64,000 nucleotides of DNA from Amphiscolops sp. MND2022 (lineage: Eukaryota), in assembly GCA_964187785.1 (NCBI GenBank), contig OZ076411.1, positions 34,968,001 to 35,032,000 of the forward strand, read 5' to 3'. Of the stretch, positions 1 through 9,899 are shown one piece after another; position 1 is the first letter of the stretch, and every line of letters begins with the position of its first letter. The translations under genes were made by a program, and so were the position numbers. The notes beneath the pieces are model-generated. The model saw nothing but the letters and a program-made list of their open reading frames with translations. It made no database searches and was not told where the DNA came from.

Positions 1-165
1 TAGAGGATGTTGCAGTTGACTTCTTTTTGAGGAAGTTTCAGAGCCCGATGAAATGACAGATGATGACTCCACTTTTAGTCCGTGAGAATTGAAAATTGAA
101 TTTATATCAAGAAAGTTCATTCAATTGACACTTATTGAACTTTTATTTTCTTTTATTTTTCTAAA
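1..165 (+). repeat. Dispersed repeat, copy 1 (copy 2 at ~51626-51788)
   Basis: GTTGCAGTTGA...GAAGTTTCAGAGCC...ATGACAGATGATGACTCC...GAGAATTGAAAATTGAATTT...CAATT(G/T)ACACTTATT is shared with ~51626-51788. ORFs 89..337 and 51715..51987 begin with near-identical MKIEF peptides, an artefact of the repeat. Confidence 0.85.
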
Positions 166-654
166 GTGCGTTTCCAAAAATTTTGGTAGGTTAAAACGAG
201 TCATTTTGTATTCTAGAAGGAGTTTGCTCTCTTTCCATTTTTCAATTCGCTTCAAAATTTTGTTTACCACTCATTTGTTCAACACTATTCGTTCACTCAG
301 CACAATTGGAATGAACCTGACGAAAGTGTCAATTTAGTAAACTTGTGTGCAAATGTAGTGGTATAAAACAAAACTGTTACATAAGTTTACGGAACCGAGA
401 ATGCTAATTCGATTTTGATTGGCTGCCGAAGTGGATGTAGGAAATGTTCTTCTAGTTCAGGAAATTGATTCTTTGTCGTTCGATCTTTCAATTCAACAGC
501 TTGCTAGTTTTGTTTAATTCAAGATACATTCGTTAAGCCCTTCTCTTACCTTTGTCTAATTCTAGATTCCCTAAACGTTGTCTGCTTCCTCATTCCACAA
601 TGGTTAGTTTCTTTCTTAAGAATGTTTTACATCTACAATTTGGGATACGAAGTA

Positions 655-1115
655 AAAATTTCAGTTTTAGTTGGAAAAAATTGAATATCCACTGTGAGTA
701 TAAAAAAACTGTTTTAATACACACCGCTTTGGTTTTGGTACTTACCGTGAGTAAGTTATTGTACTCGTTTTTGGTATCCACCGTGAGCAAAGTATTATCC
801 TGCATTTGTATAGAAAATTTTTGTATCCACCGTGAGTAGTGGAAAAAACTTTAGTTAGAAAAAAATTGTACACACTGTCAGCAAAAACGTTAGTTTCAGT
901 TGGAAAAATTCGAGTATCCACCGTGAGTAAAAAAACTCAGTTTTAAGAAACACCGCTTTGGTTTTGGTACTTACCGTGAGTAAATTATTGTACTCGTTTT
1001 TGGTACACACGGTGAGTAAAGTATTGTCCTGCATTTGTATAGAAATTTTTTGTATCCACCGTGAGTAGTGGAAAAATCTGAGTTAGAAAAAAAATTCTAC
1101 ACACTGTCAGCAAAA
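655..1115 (+). repeat. Two tandem ~230-bp units rich in the motif (G/T)TATCCACCGTGAG
   Basis: Units ~655-885 and ~886-1115 align (ACACCGCTTTGGTTTTGGTACTTACCGTGAGTAA...CACACTGTCAGCAAAA). Each has several CCGTGAG sub-repeats. Confidence 0.9.
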
Positions 1116-1256
1116 CTGCTCTTGAATTTTCATCCAAAATTTTTGGTTTCCCCCGAGTAGTAAAAACGAAACTGAGTTTGAACTGCCATCCTTTGAACAG
1201 GCCTGAGTGAAAAACTGTTCACAATTTGCAGAGAAACCTGGGAGTAAAATATTGTT

Positions 1257-1529
1257 ATCGAATTCGTGGGTCTTTTCTGCTACAAACCCTCCGCCCCTCC
1301 CAGAAGTTTACTCCCATCCCACTCAATTCACTAAGAAGTGAATCAATATGAAGTCAATCTTATACAACAATTCTTGTCCTAATTTTTGAAATGTTGATAG
1401 GTGTTCATCATTAAGAAGTGAATCATTAGAGAGTGAGTCAAATACCTCGATTCTTATCCTGACAAAAAATATTGGAGATACTTTTTAAAGAATAGAGTGG
1501 GGGAATAACAGAAAAGACCCGAATTCGAT
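1257..1529. mobile_element. Putative MITE (~270 bp) with ~22-bp imperfect terminal inverted repeats
   Basis: ATCGAATTCGTGGGTCTTTTCTG (1257-1279) versus CAGAAAAGACCCGAATTCGAT (1509-1529). Non-coding interior; no clear TSD. Confidence 0.45.
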
Positions 1530-1783
1530 CTCTATCTCGTTTTAAGGGAAAGCAATCGAATACCCATGTCAAAGACTAATTTTTTTTGATACTCAACTGT
1601 TGTCAGATGAAATCAGAAAGCAATGATACGATATGAAGAAAAGATTAAAAGTTGTTGTTAACATAGACAATCAAAATAAATTTCGCGATAGGAAGATCAA
1701 AATTTTTACATATTATTTGAAAAATTAGGTATACTCAGTTTTTCTGAGATAACATAGGCTGTAAAAAGTCGACTGTAAAAAGC

Positions 1784-1856
1784 CGACACGATAGAGATTC
1801 GAACCCACGATCTTTGGCTTCATAGTCTAGTTGCTTACCACTCGGCCATAGCGCGT
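1784..1856 (-). pseudogene. tRNA-derived pseudogene or SINE head
   Basis: Reverse strand reads GCGCTA-TGGCCGAGTGG(A box)-TAAGCAACTAGACTATGAAGCCAAAGATCGTG-GGTTCGAATC(B box)-TCTATCGTGTC. Anticodon and acceptor stems are mispaired. It is followed by a repeated T-run tail (TTTTTACAGTCGACTTTTTACAGCC). Confidence 0.75.
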
Positions 1857-2118
1857 TGTGATTTGTTTGTTTTTATTTACCCATATTGTTAAACAACCGA
1901 GATATTTATCTCCATTTTAAAATGATGGCGTTCTAAATTCATTTGTGGTTTGGCATGTTCTGTTTTTTTTTGCTTGTTCGCTTCCTCTTTTTTCTGATTG
2001 GAAAAACAGGTCTTTATTTGAAATGGGAGGTTGTAATATCTTTTAGCGGTTTGAAATTTTGGCGTTTACATGTAAGACGCTTCGAGGATAAACTATAATG
2101 TTGTTTTTGTTTCTACAG

Positions 2119-5107
2119 ACTGAATACAGCTGCCCCAACTGTTCGTACAAGTCGAACCGCCGCACGAATTTTGAGAGGCACCAAAAAACCTGCGGTACAA
2201 AGCAGCCGCAAAACAAAGCCTGTCCCCGTTGCAAGAGGGTCTTCGCCACCCTTGTAACGCTCAAGCGGCACATCGAGAAAGCGAGGTACTGCACGACAGA
2301 CATACCCCAAAATGAAAGAAAGTACAGTAAGTAGATCAACTATGTCAACTATTTGCGGCTCTTCTCGTTCCCCCCACCACATTTTTCATGGAAAAAATAG
2401 TGAAAAACTTATATCACAAAGACATGAATACAAACCAGTAAAGCCTCAAATTTATATTTTTTCTTAGTGTGACAGTTTAGGATTTAGATACAAATAAATA
2501 CGAACATAATACTAACATAAAACGAACATAAGTATAGTCTGCAAGTTTTATATAATCTGCGTTCGTTAGTTTACATTTTATTCAATAAAATTTTATAGGA
2601 ACTGCCAACCCCAGCAAGAAATATCCTGGCACATCCTGTAGTGAGGAATTTGCCCGGAGTGACTCCCTACAGAGACACCTGGAACGATTTCCCCTCCACA
2701 AAGAAAGCGACATGGCAATGACGAGCGAGCCTAGTCGACGGGCGTACGAAGGGTCAAGTCTCTTCGTAAAGTACCTAGAGGACATGCCGCTATCAGAGGA
2801 GCCGTGGAACTGCTGCAGGTGGGAAAATCAGCAAGAAGACGAAAACGGCATGGTCTTGAAAGCACTCTCTCGTGGCCAGCCGATATTATGGAAGAACGGG
2901 GCTATGAACTCGCGAGGTTTGAAGCCCCCAGTTTTGCCCGCTGAGGACTTCGTCCACCAAGTGGAGTTCTTGCTGCAGCACTTGGCTAATCCTGCAGCGA
3001 AGCTTGCTGCAAAGTCATCACGGCTGCCACAAGAACAACAGGTGATCATATCCCGCCATTCTTTGTATTTTTCGAATTTCACAAACTTCATTCAAGTATA
3101 GCGTTTTACCATTAGTGATAAAATTTATTGTATACGTTGAATCAAAACATATTGAGATTTAGTATCCACTAAGTCATCGTTGGCAGTGGATTTCACTGTA
3201 AGTTATCTAAACATTGGTAAAGCAATTTCAAAGGAGTATGCTTGAAATATTTGTTTTTGAATTTTAGGTCAGGTCTTTAACAGTGAGAGAGTACCTGGAC
3301 GAGCAGCGAGCCCTCAGCAGCACCCACGGGAACATTTCCTGTCAATGTCATTGACATTGCACTCGAACGGAATGTAAGTTTTTTATCATATCTTGGAAGG
3401 GCTCATATTGGAAAAAATTACTCTTTGAATTTGATGTCTTTACAGTGCCAAAAGTCAGTGAAATACATGATGCACCCTTCTATTGTTCAAATTTTTAGCA
3501 ACTAAATGGATGTTGAAACTGGCGACCACTGTAAGGAGTCTTTGTTCTGAAACCGTTTGCTGAGGTGTTGTCGTTTTGGTTTAGTTTTTCCAAGTACCGG
3601 ATTTCGTCAGACACTGTGCGGTCGATCATCTGGCAGATGAGTGTGTGGATGCAGCAGGGCACTTCACCGAGGCTACATCCAATTATTTGCTGGTCTCAAA
3701 TGACCAGTGTCTCACGCCGTGGCATGTCGACTTCTCCAGCACGACTGCCTTTTATACTGTCGCCCGAGGACAGAAGACCTTCTGGCTGGTGGAGCCGACA
3801 AGCTCAAATTTGCAGCTCTTTGAGGAGTGGAGCAATATCCCCACAAAAAGGTAAATGTACTCAGATCATGCACTGAAAACATACTCATCTCAAAGTCATC
3901 ATTTTGCGAAGAACACATTATCAATCATGCACATGATTCAAAATCATTGAACCAGTTGTTTCGTTTAAATTTATACTAATTTGTTTTTATTTAGACCAAC
4001 TTCCTTCGGGAACCTGAAGGCCCTGACAGGTGGGGTCCACAAACTTGTGGTGGAAGCAGGCGACATCCTCGTTTTGCCTGCACGCTGGCCACATATAGTG
4101 GCAACAAAGGGAGACGCCATTGCTTTTGCCTCCAACTTCCTCGCTGTCACACATTTCCCTCTGATTGTGGACAGTCACCTCAACGCCAGTCAGCAGGAAA
4201 TAGACGACGAAGAGGTTTTTCCCGGAGTTGTTCGTGTGTATGCTGTGCTACAGTTTAAAATACGACAACTCCAGCGGAAACTCAATTCCCTGAGAGGATC
4301 ATGGAGCCCCCTCTTCTCCAGCCCACAACTGACTCTTCTGAAAGAGCAGATCAGCAGTGAGCTCGACGCCATCAAAATGGTAATCAATGTTTGTTAATTA
4401 TGAATGGTAACTGATAATGTAGAAAATGTAGATAATGTAGAAAAGAACTAATCTCTTCCACGGACTGGGTTGTAAACTACGGATTTTAAGGGTTCTCGTT
4501 TCGAACTGCCTAACAATTTAAACGTATTTTTTCAAATGTAATTGTAATTTTGCACATTTCTCATTGAATTCGCTCTATTCATCATTGTCAATGGCTTTTG
4601 TTACCAGGTGTATCCAGCTTTCAATTTGAATCAGCTGGGAGTGAGGGGTCCGGAGAAGCCCTATTGCGACCCAAAAGGGCCAGTGTACGCCTTCACAGGG
4701 ACTGTGAAGGAAGTCCGAATTGGGCCTACACACCAGGCCGAAATCCCCGAAATGTCACAGAAGGGAAGGAAACGTGACCGCAGCATCCTTCAACAGGAGG
4801 AGGACGTCTTCGATATAGGTTAGAAGCAGCAATTGTTGATGTCATAATTTTCGAAATCTTGATGTTAAACCTTTCATAGATAATTGACCACTAGTCTATC
4901 GGAAAACCTTGAAATTGTATCTGTTGAAAGAAAATCACAAACCCCATCGTTATCATCTGTTTAGACACCCTGCCGCCTCTCATTGCAAGCTGCGACACTT
5001 TCAAAGAGTTTTTGAGCAAGAAAATTGCTCTCTACAAGAAGGCCTTTCCAACGAGCCTACATTGCAAAAGAAGCCTCTGCAAAAGAAAAATTCACTCTGG
5101 TAAATAA
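2119..5107 (+). pseudogene. Spliced gene: C2H2/C2HC zinc fingers + KDM2/KDM7(PHF8)-type JmjC demethylase + ELM2-like motif; apparently disrupted
   Basis: Inferred GT-AG exons 2119-2326, 2599-3041, 3268-3373, 3446-3530, 3595-3850, 3995-4379, 4608-4818, 4965-5107. Motifs: CPNC..RH, CPRC..RH, VNVIDIAL, NYLLVS..TPWHVDFSSTTAFYTVARGQKTFWLVEPT..NLQLFEEW, LVLPARWPHIVAT..AFASNFL, EVRIGPTHQAEIP. One frame change near 3310-3325 and an in-frame TAA at 3503-3505 in my model. Confidence 0.8.
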
Positions 5108-5199
5108 AGAAGCTGCCTGGAGCAAACTTTTATAGTTTATTGTTTTTTATCAAACTTTTAAGTTTAGAATTGAACAGAATTTAGTTTAGAATTTACTCC

Positions 5200-5640
5200 T
5201 TTATATTGGTTTGCAAATGTTCGAGCATTAGTTTGTAGAACTCACTTTTAATGTATTGAAATACGTCTGTCGATTCCGCATATCGCCTTTCGCAGGATGA
5301 AGTATTTTTTCCAGAATAATGGAATCCACTACAATAGAAACTTGAGTCTATTTAGAACTAATAATTTACTGAATATACCCCTTTTGGATTGGTTTGCAAA
5401 TGTTTAAGAATTTGTTTGTGGAATCCACTGTCAATGTATTGGTATATGTTAGTCAATTCCGCATATCGCTTTTCGCAGGATGAAGAATACTTTCCAGAAT
5501 AGTGGAATCCACTGCAATATAAATTTGTGTCTATTTAGAACTAATGCTTTACTGAATGTACCCCTTTTGTATTGGTTTGCAAATGTTTAAGCATTTGTTT
5601 GTGGAATCCACTGTCAATGTATTGGTATACGTTAGTCAAA
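5200..5640 (+). repeat. ~2.5 tandem ~182-bp units between convergent genes
   Basis: TTGGTTTGCAAATGTTT recurs at ~5207, ~5389 and ~5572. The units share CCGCATATCGC.TTTCGCAGGATGAAG and GGAATCCACT. Confidence 0.85.
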
Positions 5641-5967
5641 TCCACTTACTGTTTCTGGCTAGATGCATTTAGGTTTAGTAGAACGTTTGTACCAAAAATC
5701 TGAATGTGCAAAAACCAAAGTAACAAAGCATTATTACGTATCGGGAACAGTTCTAAATAATAATTTGAAATTATCTACTGGGGAGAATTTTTCAAGAAGT
5801 AGTCGCAAGTGAAAAAAGTTTTTTGACATCATTTATTGTAACAAGGACAATATTACTGTAACAATCGAATTAAGAGAAAGAATTTTATCAGTGCAATACC
5901 AACAAAAATACCATTGAATTTATTTAGGGTAACAAAACAGACGCTTTTTGAAGATGTATTTGCACAT

Positions 5968-7308
5968 TTACTCACGATGGATACCAAAATTACTACCCCT
6001 ATTGGTCAACAAAGTATTCAATGTGCGCATGTTGAATGTTTTGCCTGAAGCTTTGTCGATGGTCTCCATTTTTTTGTAGTGGCCTTCAGTTGTAGTTATG
6101 TGGCACCTGAATGAGAACATCATAAAGTCGCGATGTTCCGTGAATTTCAAAGTCTTGATCAATGTTGCAGGCTCATCTTCAAGCCTATCTGGAATGATGT
6201 CCCAGTTCTGGCCCAATATAAAATCTAAGCTGTTGTAGCTTCCCAAGTTTCCCGTTTCAACTTCTATTGAAAATTTCACGTTTTCTCTGCTTGAGTCCGA
6301 CTTGAACCCACAGACACGTTTTGTGAGCTCTGTTGCAGGTACCATGTTTGTCACAGTTGATGACTTCTTGAACGACAAACCAACACATCTCTTAATTGCA
6401 GAAAAGACTGCAAACGTTCTATCAACATCATTATCAAGAGTGAAATAATTGATTTCCACGTTTTTTAAATAGTCCGAGATCTTTAACGAACAATTGTTTA
6501 CTGGCATCCTAAGTTCGCAGTCTTCGTCGTCCATGGATACCATTATTGCAAATGGTTTCAACTTCTGTGCACTGTAGTACAAATCCTCCACTTTGAATTC
6601 CATTCCAGACAAAGTAATAATGGATCCTTTTTGACAAATTCCATTGACACATGGTACATAGCTTAATTTGACATCAACATCGGTTTGCGGTATCAATGCT
6701 GAAAAGTCTATTTCTGGTATTTGTGTTTTAGGTCTTTTCTGTTTTGGTTCTTCCCGATGTTCCTGCTTCGTCTCTTCAGCTTCCTCGTCGTCTTCTGCTT
6801 TCTCATCGTGAACATGGGTATCTTCCACTGAGTTCTTCAAATAGCAATAGGGGATAAATCTATACATTTTGTCCATCTCCACGACACACTCATGGCTAAA
6901 TGGGTCATTCGTCGAAATAGTTCCCGTTTTGATTTTTCCATGGGAATCAATAAAACAATGCCCCACACACTCACAATCGGGTAGCCAGAATGTCACAGGC
7001 TCGTTTTTTTGCAGTCGGTGTGGGTTATACGACAGGGGTTTAGAACGCTTTTTCGACAAGACTGGTTGCGAATGTCGTGCTTTTCTAATGTTCAACCTGT
7101 TTGGGTCAGGACGCAATTCTAGGGGAATTTCAATTTTCTGCAGACGATTGTTCCAGTCGATCCATTGGATTTTCAGAGACCAATCACTTATGAACGCTAT
7201 TATCTTCGCAGACTCCCAAATATAGGTTTCAGGGTCGAGGATTTGGACAATTTCATTTAATTTAAAAGTTTGCAGAAGCATTGTAGTGGAGATTAAAGTT
7301 GACTTCAA
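5968..7308 (-). CDS. Uncharacterised 446-aa intronless protein; possible Tudor/chromo-barrel-like N-terminus
   Basis: Uninterrupted 1341-bp ORF in AT-rich DNA (non-ATG start in the track). N-terminal IVQILDPETYIWESAKIIAFISDWSLKIQWIDW has the beta-rich aromatic pattern of royal-family domains. Acidic/basic linker EDDEEAEETKQEHREEPKQKRPK. Confidence 0.7.
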   Translation of the reverse strand: MKSTLISTTMLLQTFKLNEIVQILDPETYIWESAKIIAFISDWSLKIQWIDWNNRLQKIEIPLELRPDPNRLNIRKARHSQPVLSKKRSKPLSYNPHRLQKNEPVTFWLPDCECVGHCFIDSHGKIKTGTISTNDPFSHECVVEMDKMYRFIPYCYLKNSVEDTHVHDEKAEDDEEAEETKQEHREEPKQKRPKTQIPEIDFSALIPQTDVDVKLSYVPCVNGICQKGSIITLSGMEFKVEDLYYSAQKLKPFAIMVSMDDEDCELRMPVNNCSLKISDYLKNVEINYFTLDNDVDRTFAVFSAIKRCVGLSFKKSSTVTNMVPATELTKRVCGFKSDSSRENVKFSIEVETGNLGSYNSLDFILGQNWDIIPDRLEDEPATLIKTLKFTEHRDFMMFSFRCHITTTEGHYKKMETIDKASGKTFNMRTLNTLLTNRGSNFGIHRE

Positions 7309-7704
7309 CAGAAAGAAATACTTGAGCTTACTCTGAGCATAAACTGTTCAAATTTGTGCAAAGTGATTACCAGGTGTCAACACATAAACTGCGCGAAAAA
7401 GAGGCTAATTTTACGGTGATGATCCTAAAAGAAGGTGTCATTCCGTTTTGAGCGCTCAATAAAAGAAATTATTACTAGCAATTAGTTTTTAAACTCATCT
7501 CGTGAGTGTTAATATATTTGAATAGACATTTGAGTCCCGAAAGGACTCAACCACCGTAATAAACCTGATAACACTTACTGGTTGAAATAATTAATTTAGT
7601 CACTGTGAAGTGCAATGGGTGAAATCGAGTCTCTGCTAATTATGAAAACGACGCTTTATCGAAAAAATTAATTTCAAAATTGTCATTTTTTTTACATCAT
7701 AATT

Positions 7705-9268
7705 TTGATTCATTCAGCGAAATCCACTCTCAAGATTTGTTCTCCTAGTTTCATGAATACTTCTACCATGCCTGAAAAAATTTCAAATCTAGAATCGACA
7801 CGCTTGTGTCCATCCCAGACTTCTACACCTGTGCAACAGTCACATCGACGATCTACCGACTGGAATGTGCCGCCAGATTTCCTCAGTAATGCATCCATGT
7901 TTTGTCCGCCATCTTATTCGCCAATTTCATCGGCCCCCGAGGAGGGTTTCTTCAGTGCAACTAGAATGATGAACTCTGATGGGGTCGAGCACTTGATTGA
8001 ACATATGCCCACAGAAGCTCTAGAACATTTACTGCAGAATTCCTTTGCCGCCTGAGAACCCACTACAACAGGACCCCCTGTCACAGAATTCACTGCCTCA
8101 CCAGAACTTGCCACCCCAGAGCAATGTGCCCGTGACCAATGTGCCACCCCAGCTCAATGAGCCACCCGGGAAGCGTCCATTTGACTCCCAGTGCAGTGAG
8201 GATAATTCAAGTAACAGTCAATCCAAGTGTGCGAAAGTTACTCACTTTGACAACAACATGTACGAAAGAACGTTGGCTAAACATGTCCAGGCATCGAAAG
8301 AAAATGTGGGACTAGTACAAAAAGCTAAGTTGGAACTCTTTCGATGCATAATTACAACCCTGTTCATGTATGCGGTACCACCTATGCTTGAAAGTTCCAT
8401 CCGGAATGTCTCGGTACACTCAGTTGTGCAAATCGTGATGGATCACGAAGAAGATTCACTGAGCGACGCCTTCAATCTCTGTGTGGAACACACAATTGGA
8501 TCATCGGAACGAACAATTCACAAAGTATCCGGAAGTCTTGTTGAAGCATTGAAAGTATATTTTACACAAATTCGGCCATTTTTTGTTACCAATCACACCA
8601 AGTTAGCCATTGTTCGATACGAAAAGGCCGACAAACGTCCAATTAATACAGAGTTATTCTTTGTGAATTCAATTGGTAAAACGGACTTCCGCGTTAAATC
8701 TGTTGTAGATCTTTTCATTTCAAGCAAAAAAGCAGAAACAAAAGATCAATATACATTGAAAGGTAAAGTCGCGGAACTGATGCTCCTTTCCAATGACCCA
8801 TGCTTCAAAATCACCAAGCTGAAACATGCAGTGAATTTGGTTCTTTCGAATGTTGAAGGTTTCGACAAAGACGATGTGAGAAACGCTGTTCGCGCCCGCC
8901 AAGACCAGCAAAGGTACACTCGCCAGTCAGCCAGGGCCTTGCTATACTTTGAACACGTTTCTGGGAAAGTTGCTATTAACTGTCTTGAGTCAAGAGTGGC
9001 GGCATTTTTTCAGCGACAAAAGTGGACTTCGCTGGAGGATAAGAACCAGGACGTGAAAAAAGTGACAACGCAGTTATTGATTCTCTCTAACAACCAGTCA
9101 ATTAGAAAATCTTCGCAGGTACCTGAGAGCAGTGGAATTCGGTATGCTGGACTTGCTCATAATTTGCCATATGAAGAACAAATTTTGTTGTCGCGAACAA
9201 ACGATGTGAGACGCAGCTGTGGCCTGGAATCTGTTTGGCCAAAATGTCAAAATTTGGGAGATGTGTGA
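7705..9268 (+). pseudogene. Low-complexity N-terminus plus degenerate tyrosine-recombinase-like domain (ORFs 7705..8055 and 8045..9268 joined by a 1-nt shift)
   Basis: Removing one T at ~8043-8045 gives LLQNS-LPPENPLQQDPLSQNSLP, continuing a QNSLP repeat. LKVYFTQIRPFFV...ELFFVNSIGK and ITKLKHAVN...QQRYT have the spacing of eukaryotic YR-like domains, but the canonical catalytic residues are mostly missing. Confidence 0.5.
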
Positions 9269-9672
9269 TTGCCACACAGAAATTTTCAAAGGACGACATT
9301 TTGATGGATTACCATGGCGAGGTGTATTTAAACATGTCATTGAGCCAAGTCCTCGAGATAGAAGGTGTGGAGCAAGAGTTCGTTCTGGAGGTTAAAAGTG
9401 GCGCCTCTAGAAGAATAATTGATGCCTCCAAAGAGATTTGCCCCCTTCACCCAAATATTCGCTGCCCTGGACGTCTTGCCAACCACTCGCAGTTGAAATC
9501 AAACGGCGCCAATATGAAGCCAACAGTGATCGAATTGTTTCAAAATGGCAAAAAGATTGTAGTGTTCCGAGCTACACGTGATATTCTACCATTTGAGCAG
9601 CTCCGTTTTGATTACAATGACCCCATTGCCAATCAACTTTTCCATGAAGATTCTCAACCGATGTTTGACTGA
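9235..9672 (+). CDS. SET-domain lysine methyltransferase, PR-Set7/SETD8(KMT5A)-like; probably the C-terminus of the preceding ORF
   Basis: GRCVIATQKFSKDDILMDYHG...IIDAS...GRLANHS...RATRDILPFEQLRFDYND parallels SETD8 GRGVIATKQFSRGDFVVEYHG...CVDAT...GRLINHS...IASRDIAAGEELLYDYGD. Confidence 0.9.
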   Translation: MAKMSKFGRCVIATQKFSKDDILMDYHGEVYLNMSLSQVLEIEGVEQEFVLEVKSGASRRIIDASKEICPLHPNIRCPGRLANHSQLKSNGANMKPTVIELFQNGKKIVVFRATRDILPFEQLRFDYNDPIANQLFHEDSQPMFD

Positions 9673-9899
9673 TGGAATCGTCAGAAAACTCCGTTTACAA
9701 AACACGTTTCTTTGTTGTGTATTCAATTTTTCACTACTTTCGTTATAATTTCACTTGTATGTAAACACTGAATGCTACAAGTACAAATGTTTGTTTTTCG
9801 TAATATCGAAACAAAACACCGTAAATTACATTTTCCCTTGCAACGTCTTCTTCACTCGAATTTAGATTTCCATTCATCATTCGGCTTGTAATTCATTTT

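Noticed and set aside
89-337. Similar MKIEF ORFs at 89 and 51715 as a duplicated small gene
   Set aside because: TTG starts, low complexity, and similarity confined to a non-coding dispersed repeat.
3273-3373. Alternative acceptor giving an open frame (VFNSERVPG...) that avoids the JmjC frameshift
   Set aside because: That frame loses the VREYL and VNVIDIAL similarity to KDM2/7, so it is not used in the gene model.
6869-7225. 118-aa plus-strand ORF with CxxC-like residues
   Set aside because: Antisense shadow of the 446-aa ORF; no independent support.
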